DNA of 64,000 bases from Octopus vulgaris. Its lineage: Eukaryota. The notes below the pieces were generated by a model, which worked only from the letters and a program-made list of their open reading frames with translations, was not told where the DNA came from and ran no database searches. Where the stretch lies: positions 37,944,001 through 38,008,000 of the forward strand of contig OX597820.1 in assembly GCA_951406725.2 (NCBI GenBank), written 5' to 3'. The translations under genes and the position numbers were made by a program. This document shows, one piece after another, positions 54,223-64,000 of this stretch. Every line of letters begins with the position of its first letter. The stretch's first letter is position 1.

Positions 54223-55499
54223 AAATTATCGAAGTTTGACTCGCTGTTTTAAAACCTGATATTGATTTTTATTTTTATAATGTTAACGTATCTCCCTACT
54301 TATTGAATCGATGACGCCCTGTCTGTCAAAAATTGTTTGCCGTATATTTCGGTATTTCGTTTCGGATGGTATCTTTCTACCCACAAGTGCAATATCCTGA
54401 CATTATGTTTACTCATGTGAAAGTATTTTGTTTTAAGTAACATATCAGATTACAGATGTAGTTTACTGTTCCTATCATCGTATGTCGACGATAGATCCAC
54501 TCGAGTGACTTCTCGTTATCTTCTCCAGCTAGGCATGAAGCGTATCGCTTTTAGAGGAAGGACATTTATATGATATTGCCAGAAAATATTTGTTTAGCCA
54601 TTAGAAATAGAAAATCTCATCGTACATATTCTCAATTTGCAATGAATCAATTTTACAGATTTGAATTTTTTACACTTTTGAATTGCTTAGGAAAAAAATG
54701 ACTTTTAACAAAAATTTGTACATAAGTTGTCATAATCCACGAATAGACCAACATATGCTACTGGTACTAATTTTATCGAAAGAAAAAACCCCGAAGAATA
54801 ATGTTATTTGAGTGAGGCTTGTCTGCAATATTTAAGACATAGCGGACGGGGTAGCTTTCCATACGTCGTAGTACTAAATAAGTTTGTAGACCAAAAGGAA
54901 GACGTGAATTTTAATTTTGGACAGAGCACATATTTTTAGAAATAATAGAATGTTTGGCCATTGTGGTGAATAGCTTTTACACGAAGAAGGATCATTCTCG
55001 TAATATAGGAACATCTTAATATATCTATGACAACAAACACACCTATCCATACGAGTTAACCAGGGGGCCTATATAAATTCGGTCGACCAGCAAAATACGG
55101 TTTCAAATTTTGGCCCAAGTTCAGTTCCATCTGTAAAATTAGCCGCTAAGTCTCCCTCAAATTACACTATCATTTCAAGAAAAGTATGGTCACAGTTGAT
55201 ACTATAATCCTCCCCATCTTTGTCTGTTAGTCTGTATGTCTTTTTGTCTCTCTCACTCTCTTTTTGTCTGTCTGTCTCTCACTCCGCCTCTCTCTGTAAG
55301 AGTAAGTATACATATGCATGCATATATACGTACACATACAAGTATACATGCATACTGTTTTGAAAGGAATACGAGATAGCTACCGCATCAAAGTATGTCC
55401 TACAGAAGCTGACCTGGAACTAATAAACAACATATGTTAGTGAATCGTACTCAAATACTTCCATAAAAAGTTATTTCAAAGAATGACAAGTGTTGTCTA

Positions 55500-56480
55500 T
55501 ACTTCAAAATTCGATATTCCATTACCCACAATGATTCTCATAGCAGCTTTTAGAAATTTGCTCCAGATTCTGTGTGTAAAGTTGAAAAGCTTCTGTATAT
55601 AGTATGCTCCTGGTAGAAATTGGTGAGTGAACTTGTGCAGAGGCGTACAAAGGCCTTTTTAATACTGTCTTGTAGTATTTGCTGTGAGTGCTGATGAGTT
55701 GTGTTTGTTTGCATTTCATACAACACTAATGTACCAGCTAACTAGAACACATAAGGTAAGCTATTAATGGCAATTTACTTTTCTCGGTATTAACTCTATC
55801 AGCTACAATGGACTCAGACACTCTTCTTTAAAACTGAGGTGCTGTTGGTTGATTATGTTATGCTGGACATTTATTTTGGTTAGAGAGGTGTACACACAGT
55901 TCTCTGAAGCTACGATTCGGAGGTGATGGGTTTTCATTCCCTCTGCGACCTGTTTTTTTGCTTCAAGATACCCTACAGATCTGTAACATGCTATGAGGAT
56001 ATATTTTATCTACTCTAATTTTCTGGTTTTATTTACACCCATGCTTTGAAGCTGTCTATTATAGACAATTTACAATCCTTAAAGTGCAAGGTGAGTTTTG
56101 ATGAACTTCTCTGTGACAAAACCTTTGTATTAAACTATGTCTCTAATAGTAAATTCAAATCGCCAACCCAGTTTTTCAACTTTATAGAATTTCAGCTTAG
56201 GCTAAGTGCTGCTGCATCTCTTTCTCTTCATAGTCTTACTAGTGCAAACAGTATCAAGTCATCAACTCCTATTTGTAGACGCCGAAGGGATATTCTACGA
56301 AAATTGAAACAAAAGCGAGCAGAGTTTTGAGCCTTGAGAAACTGATGCACTAATGGATGAAAAATCAGGTAATTGAACTGGAAAGATTTCTGTGGTGGAG
56401 TTCCTAATTAAGATAGCTTTGCAGCTACCTTAGCATTCACTTCAGTAGAACCAAAAATCTGTTAGCAGCTTCTCTGACGG
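55500..56480 (-). mobile_element. Very old LINE RT remnant
   Basis: Minus-strand SISASVSQGSKLCSLLF resembles the RT motif GVPQGSxLGPLLF and is followed by FNTK...IIDSF; heavily decayed. Confidence 0.4.
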
Positions 56481-57713
56481 CCGTCTATTTGAAACGTGCT
56501 TTCTGACCTAAATGAAGATAATTATGTTTGGGAAAGGATAACGAGAAAATGAAGATAATTATATTTGGGAAAATGAAGATAATTATGTTTGGGAAAGGAT
56601 AATGAGAAAATTTGGTGTGTTATAAATTGGTCGGAACGAAATGCACTTTAAAAATATGTTTGTGTTTTTTGTTCATTAGACAGCCTCGTATTTCTGTGTA
56701 TAGCAATCTCTGTAGTGATTATCATAGCGCATAGAGTCAGTTACAGTGAGTCCAGTCACGATCCAGTTTCAACGTACACCTTACAACCAACTCCCATGAA
56801 CGTCCTATCCACTCTGATAGACCATTCATGGCTTTAAGCCTACATAGATAAGAAAATAGGAAACTACATAAGTGATACCCAAACTATCTAGTACATTGTG
56901 ATAATACACATACACAAAAAAATGAAAACTTTACAACTGCAAGCATATACAGTACATATTGTTGAATTCTGTAATTAAATACACGATATAGACTATATAG
57001 TGATAACCAAGTTTCTTGTTTTACGCCACAAACATTGTTCTGAGTCGTGTAATAGCTTAGTTAGTTTATCAGTAAATTGGTATTGAGTCATTAGTGTTTT
57101 ATTCATATCGAAAAGATCTAGTTAAATCGTGCTTGCGATCTAGTTTCGATCCCTGATTATCTCTCTGTCTACATGTTCCATACAGGTAGTGGCCTGTAAA
57201 TGTAAAATACATAATTTAATCTTATCGATGTGAAAAAGGAGAGGGGAGAACTATAGAATCTATTGGTACTTCACTTATTCCCTCTTTTCCCGTTTTTCTG
57301 ACTTACTAAAATACATACACACACAGAGAGGATGCGGGGGTCGAATTTACGCAAAAAGAAAAATAACGCCGACATCTCATTTTAACATATATTTACCATA
57401 TAGATGGAGAGTGTTTGTGGACGGATGAGTGAATTGATGTTGCTCAAAGGGGTACGGAACCAGCATGATGCGGCGACGGTAAACCAGCATATGCTGTTGG
57501 GGCCCCGCTGCTGATATCGGGGATTGCTTTCTATGCTTTGACTCGAGTATAGGACGGGGTTCGCATCTTTGAGCTGGGAGATGAATTGAATGCTTGGTGT
57601 GTGTCTTGTGGCTACCTCACCTATGGAGAATAGGCCTTGATAAATAATAAAAAATAAAACATGAGTGTACATACATATATGTGTATATACATATGTGTGT
57701 ATGGTGTGTGTGT

Positions 57714-57799
57714 GTAGATATATATCATATACACATATGTGTATATGTTTATATATATGCATATATATGAGTATACATACATACGCATATATGTATATA

Positions 57800-57840
<41 letters not shown>

Positions 57841-58121
57841 ATAGAAATATTAAAATTACTAAGTCTCTATAAAAGAGATTACGACAGCGTTTACTGGAAA
57901 TTAATTGTTATCGCCATATTAATATGGCATTCTTATAGATATAAGAATAATCGCTGCCGCTGGTCAGGTCCATGAGGCCACCGCCTTAAGATAGCTATTG
58001 ATACACGATCTGTATCCATTATAAGAATGCCATATTAATATGGCGATAACAATTAATTTCCAGTAAACGCTGTCGTAATCTCTTTTATAGAGACTTAGTA
58101 ATTTTAATATTTCTATTATAT

Positions 58122-58153
<32 letters not shown>

Positions 58154-58239
58154 TATATACATATATGCGTATGTATGTATACTCATATATATGCATATAT
58201 ATAAACATATACACATATGTGTATATGATATATATCTAC
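57714..58239. repeat. ~220-bp fold-back inverted repeat with ~80-bp spacer
   Basis: 57714-57937 is the reverse complement of 58020-58239. This includes the flanking host-like microsatellite, where the TA count differs slightly. Confidence 0.92.
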
Positions 58240-58247
58240 GAACAATT

Positions 58248-58629
58248 TGGCGATAACAATTAATTTCCAGTAAACGCTGTCGTAATCTCTTTTATAGAGA
58301 CTTAGTAATTTTAATATTTCTATTATTGAAAACAAGTGGATGTATTCCACTGAAACTAGGTAAATATAAGCCTTCGAACAGAGACGTCAGTGGCGACACC
58401 TTCGGGGTCTGACTGCGCTACATTGACAAGGGGCAATACCCCGAAACGCGTCTGTAGCTGTCGGACTGGCAGTGTGAAGCGGCTGACCTCCCTTGTTCGA
58501 AGGTTATAATGGATACAGATCGTGTATCAATAGCTATCTTAAGGCGGTGGCCTTATGGAGCTGACCAGCGGCAGCGATTATTCTTATATCTATAAGAATG
58601 CCATATTAATATGGCGATAACAATTAATT
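58248..58629 (+). mobile_element. 364-bp terminally redundant non-coding HHR element (non-LTR retrozyme-like)
   Basis: tggcgataacaattaatt occurs at 58248-58265 and 58612-58629. The unit has a central HHR and many internal hairpins, has no ORF and ends in a TA tract. Confidence 0.8.
58417..58458 (+). ncRNA. Minimal type I hammerhead with compensatory U3:A8 core pair
   Basis: gctaca-TTGACAA-GGGG caata CCCC-GAAA-CGCG-TC-tgtagc. It has a 6-bp helix I, a 4-bp helix II, a palindromic ACGCGT helix III and a GUC site. Confidence 0.88.
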
Positions 58630-59012
58630 ATATATAATATATATATGCACATACGTATATGTATGTGTGTGCGTGCTTGTGTGTGCGTAAATGTTACACC
58701 GCTGACAGATTCGATTAACTTATCTTTCGCTTGAAGAAGGATGTCTTTGCTATTTTCATCAAACTAATCCTTGTAGTGTGTACCTGGATGGTCAATGATG
58801 CTAGCTGCTCTCTATTTCATCAGAATTAAAGGAAGGATGTATCTGTGTGTCTGAATATAAACTGCCATAGTCAATATCAAGTACTATACTAGAAAATGCA
58901 TGGCATTGTTTTGATGCCTTGTGTCAAATGTTCTAAAGGTTCTAACATGCACAGAAAGCAACTTCGAAAGACAGTAGGGAATATCTTATGGGAATATCTT
59001 CACATAGGACAT

Positions 59013-59422
59013 TCTTATTTCTTTATTACCCACAAGGGCTAAACATAGAGGGGACAAACGAGGACAGACAAAGGGATTAAGTCGATTACATCGACCCCAG
59101 TGCGTAACTGGCACTTAATTTATCGACCCCGAAAGGATGAAAGGCAAAGTCGGCCTCGGGGAATTTGAATTCAGAAGGTAGCAGCAGACGAAATACCTAT
59201 TTCTTTACTACCCACAAGGGGCCAAACACAGAGGGGACAAACAAGGACAGACATAGGTATTAAGTCGATTACATCGACCCCAGTGTGTAACTAGTACTTA
59301 ATTTATCGACCCCGAAAGGATGAAAGGCAAAGTCGACCTCGGTGGAATTTGAACTCAGAACGTAACGGCAGACGAAATACCGCTAAGTATTTCGCTCGGC
59401 GTGCTAACGTTTCTGCCAGCTC
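59013..59422 (-). mobile_element. SINE family B, head-to-tail dimer (~185-bp body duplicated)
   Basis: 59015-59197 and 59198-59380 are tandem copies, with a single tRNA-like head at 59380-59422. Confidence 0.9.
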
Positions 59423-61075
59423 TGTTACATAGGACACTCTGCATGGTAGAAGGCGAATACCAGAAACTGAAAGGTTTTTGAATCTTTATAAATCTCTATA
59501 TCAGAGGGGAAAAAAGGGAAGTTCAAAAATCACATACCATAACTCTGGTCTAAATGAGTATCTATGTGAGGTCCCAGACAAATAAATTTATATCAGAACA
59601 TGACTTATAGGTCATTGTAGAACACATAATTGGCCAATACTCATCTCTTTCCTTGATTCTTTCCTCCTAATTTATTCATTTTAATTGTATTTATTAATTT
59701 AGTTTTTTTGCAATTACTAGGTCATCGCCAGGAAAAAAAACATGAAGGACACGTGTGTGTGTGTGTGTTTGTGTATTTGTCAGAAGAATTTGGTGTTATA
59801 TTTCTAAATATTTATTTGAGTGAAATGTTTTGTTTCCTTTACAAACCCCTGATTTTGTTAATAGTTTACTTTAAACTATTTCAATTTTTACCCTTAAATC
59901 TGAAGTCTAATGTATTTCGTATTTGTTTTACGAGAGATGTTTGAGAATACACCAGCAAACTTACTGTGTCAGTGCAGTTCGACTGATCAGAATAAAAAAA
60001 AATTAAATGAATGAATGAATGAATATATAAATAAATAAATAAAAAATAAAAGTAAAAGAAATTTATTCTAAAAATTAGAATATCGAAAAACGGAAAGCGA
60101 ATCAAATCGAAGGCAAATATTAAAGCGAAAATCTAAAAACAAAATAACTGCAAACGAATTATTTTTGAAATTGAAAGTGAATGTAAAAACACAAAAAAAA
60201 GAATTATTTCAGCAACTGCAAAAACAAATAAATGTACTAAAACAACCGCTTGTTTTATATTAATGTTTTATGTTAGAAAAAAATAACAAATAATTTTATG
60301 TTTTTGCATTAAATTCTTTTCGAGTCTACTCTTCTAGTTTATCCTGAAAAGTGTTAATATTTTAGCGCATTAATATTTAGCGCACGGTTTAAACGTACAC
60401 AATTGTTGGAATTTTCAAAGGCAGTGAAGTGACAAAAGAAGCCGTACGCTGGTTTCTAAATACCTCCTTGCACAATATAATTACACGCCTTTACATTTTA
60501 TCTGTTCGCATTCTGTCAAATTCAATTTCGCTTTTTATCTTTCTAGAATCGATAGCATAAATAAAACCAGTCAAGTACTAGGGATCGATTAAATCAATTG
60601 CACACACTCACCTGCTGTTTCTTTTGCTAAAGTAGAAATCATTATTGAAATATTTTAAAAATACCGCTATTATTATTTTTATTGCTTCGATCTGGAGGAA
60701 AGGGCCGCGCCAGTAGCCCTTCCTAGGTTCTTCCCAGGCTCCTTCTGTGCTTTGCTCAGGCACTCTAAGACTGCTGAGATCGATGTGACTAACGTTCTTT
60801 TGAAGAGTTGCAGGTTGAGAGCTGTAAAGATAACACGAACAGATAAGGAAGGCTAATGCTGGTCTTGGAATTCAAAGGGCGAGAATCAGCTGTGAACACA
60901 TTAGTGATAATGAAAAGAGGAAAGATAAGTGAGCCGGATAAACTCAGACTATAGCCACAGTATTATAACGTTAATTTGATATGGCATGTCAAATCGTTGC
61001 TTAATTATTTATTCTTTATTTTCATATATAAAATATAAACATGAATTGTATACTTTTTCTCTTACAGCTTTCATA

Positions 61076-61985
61076 ATGCATAATGAAAAAAATTGCAATT
61101 AGAGCCATTTTGCGCTACCTGTGAGAAAAAAAGGCGTGACTTTAAGAATAGCGACAGAAGAAAATATTTGTGTGAGGGCCCAGGAACTGTCAACGAACGT
61201 GTGGCACAAAACCGATTCAGACATTTCAAGGAAGGTGACACTAGCTTCGAAGACAAGCCAAGATCAGGGAGACCTGTTGTAGGAGATGAGGCCTTGATCG
61301 AAATGGTTGAACAACAACTAAGCACAAGCAGAACTTGGTCCTTCACAAGCATCATCTCCATAGTCTTGGATGAAAAATGGATCTATTTTCGTAATCCTAA
61401 TAATAGATAACTGGTTTCGTTCCACCAGGGCTTAGAAACTACTGTGAAACAAGGAGGGTTTGAACAGAAGATGATGTGGTGTGATTGGTGGAATTTTGAG
61501 TCGGTGTTGCATTTTGAGCTTGCCCTAGATGGTCACGCTGTGAACGTTAACCTTTATGCTTAATAACTGCAGCAAGCATATGATACTTTGAAAACCCGCT
61601 GCTCGGCTTTGATCAATCGAATACACGCACTCTTAGAGCATGGCAATACTTCATCACACACTCTTAGAGCATGGCATTACTACATCACACATTACCAGTG
61701 TAACCAAGTGCAAACTTGAAGAACTTGAGTGCTGGAAGTGCTGCGTCACCCTACCTACGGTTCAGACATTACACTATCTGATTATCGACTTTACTGAGCC
61801 GTGGCTCATTTCTTGCACGTTTGGAGATTCACCAATATGAAAGAGGTTGAAAATGGGTGAAATGAGTTTTTTTCCGTCTAAACCATTTAAATGGTATAAG
61901 CGAGGGATTGCGTTTCTGGCTCAACAATGGCAGCAAACAATAAAATATGATGAGGTATATTTTGATGAATTTTGATGTATTTTGA
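61076..61985 (+). pseudogene. Decayed mariner transposase
   Basis: RFRHFKEGDTSFEDKPRSGRP, VLDEKWIYFRNP, KMMWCDWWNFESVLHFEL and EVLRHPTYGSDITLSDY, with an internal deletion and a 31-bp tandem duplication at ~61627-61692. Confidence 0.8.
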
Positions 61986-63164
61986 TGAATAACCACATTT
62001 TGTATGTAATGTAAGCTTGAAATACGAATATGGATTAAGTTAGACAAGGATACAGTTAGCTGCAAACTCAAGCATTCGATGTACGATTTAAATTGCTAGG
62101 GTAGATCCATTTCATTTCTCTTCATGTCATGATTGTAAAAGCCATTATACTCACAACATCCCTTTTCTCCTTCATCCGGAAATATATCTTCGAACACATT
62201 CAAGAAAACCGATACTCATCGAGCAAAGAAAGTGCCTATACCAACATTTTTCCGTGGTATGAAACGTTGGGACATACCAATAGATGGGTATTACACCATT
62301 TTGCATTTAGTCATAGAAAGCGATTTAGTTTGCATCTGGCCTCGTTTCAGGTACGCGGTACTGAGAAGTCTCAAAGATGACGAAACATGAATGTCTATCG
62401 CTCCTATAACGAGACCTGATGCTAGTTATCTTGCTTGTCTATGACAGTGTATGCATATATGCATGTGTTGTTTGTGTGTGCGTATAAATAAGTATATGTG
62501 ACTAGGTACACAAACACTAACACATAAGGAACAAATATATAGAAGAATCGTATCAAGAATGACCAGGCTCAATGGATTTTTTTCTTCAAAAGAATATCAA
62601 ATCGGATCATGAAACTAACTCAATAAAGACTTACCGAGGTGAATAAAATAAAGTTGGTAATCAGATGCAAATCCATAATCTATGGTGGCAGTAGTGGTGT
62701 TACTAGTAATAGAAGTAGCAGCAGCAGTAGTAGTACTGGTAATAGTAGTAGTAGTGGTGGTGGTGGTGGTGGTAGAGAAGGAGATTATATGTGGAGTTTG
62801 TTTTCCTCGAAGGCATTTTTGGCGTGAATGATTCGATCAATTACTGTGCAGTGAGAATAATTCAATAATATTAAATGTTCTTCTGTACAACCATGTTTCA
62901 TATTTCAAGTGAAATATTGGAATAGTGAAATGAAATATATTTCTGAAAGATAACTTATAATCACAATTCCCTCGACTAAAAAAAAAATCATAAAAAATGT
63001 TATACTTCATGCCTACTTCAAGAAGACAACAGGATGTCAAAGTATTCTCGCCAAATATAATGACAGCATTTTAGTAAGATACATATGGAATCGGATATGT
63101 TATTTCAAGTGAAATTATTTCACGTGAATAACCATAATCAGCTACAAATTGTACTCTCTGGTAT

Positions 63165-63362
63165 CATATACATATAGATACATGCATACCTGCATATATA
63201 TATATACATACATACATAATACATACTTATACACACACACCCTCTCTCTCTCACACATACACACATATACATATAGATGGGTATATGCATATATATATAT
63301 ATTTATATATGGTACACATACATCCGTACATATGTGTTTGTGTATGCAGGTATATGCTTTAT

Positions 63363-63447
<85 letters not shown>

Positions 63448-63592
63448 TGTGTGTGTGTGCGTATACGTAATATGTAGGTACATAATGTATATATATATAT
63501 ACATAACATGTATAATATACACACATAGATGCATAGAATCATACATTTATATATGCACACTCTCACGTACACATATACATACATATATACAC
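63165..63592. repeat. Compound (TA)n/(CA)n microsatellite
   Basis: Direct reading. Confidence 0.93.
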
Positions 63593-64000
63593 AAGTAAAA
63601 GGAAAAGAAATGTCACGTATCGTATTTAGCAATTGAACCAACACGTAGTGAAATATCAGTTTTTGTCTAACTACTGAACGAATATAATTTTAAAATGTCT
63701 ACAAAATATCTCAGAATTTTTGTTGTAGTTAGATAGACATAAATTTGACTCTTGTGAAATTTAAGTTCTGAAATTCGAGTTCGAAATAAAAGAATGTAAA
63801 GTATATACTAATTCTAGTAAATCGTCACTGTTACACTAAACATATACATATACAAACCAATACATATATATAAACGGCATATATTGTGAAGCAATCACCA
63901 CATTTCGGTCCCTAAAATGTTCTTTACGCAGTTGTGAAACTAATTTGAAAGTGTTTAATTTAAATACATTGGGCAATCATTCCTTAATTCATAAAACGTA

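Noticed and set aside
56510-56610. Short spaced repeats (aaatgaagataattat.tttgggaaa x3) as a CRISPR-like array
   Set aside because: It is a simple tandem duplication in eukaryotic DNA with no unique spacers and no cas genes.

Overview
This is an AT-rich, gene-free-looking eukaryotic intergenic or intronic window. The SINE families and the extreme (TA)n/(CA)n microsatellite density suggest a cephalopod such as Octopus, which is an inference. I found no host protein-coding exon I can support, and most of the listed ORFs are microsatellite artefacts. The window is a mosaic of Penelope-like retroelements (PLEs, one with a near-intact RT plus GIY-YIG ORF at 34.4-36.9 kb), mariner/Tc1 transposons, fragments of R4/Dong, HERO, CR1/L2, RTE and CRE LINEs, and three tRNA-derived SINE families. 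The main hidden signal is about 12 type I hammerhead ribozyme (HHR) motifs from about 9 sequence families, read by eye on both strands. Nearly all sit in modules bounded by (TA)n tracts. Some lie in PLE 3' ends. Others lie in non-coding units, two of which are terminally redundant (periods 342 and 364 bp) and look like non-LTR retrozymes, i.e. small self-cleaving circular-RNA retroelements. One has a compensatory U3:A8 core and an inverted copy that reads through the head-to-tail junction. Many of these insertions carry 5' fold-back inversions. Coordinates of degenerate repeats are approximate.
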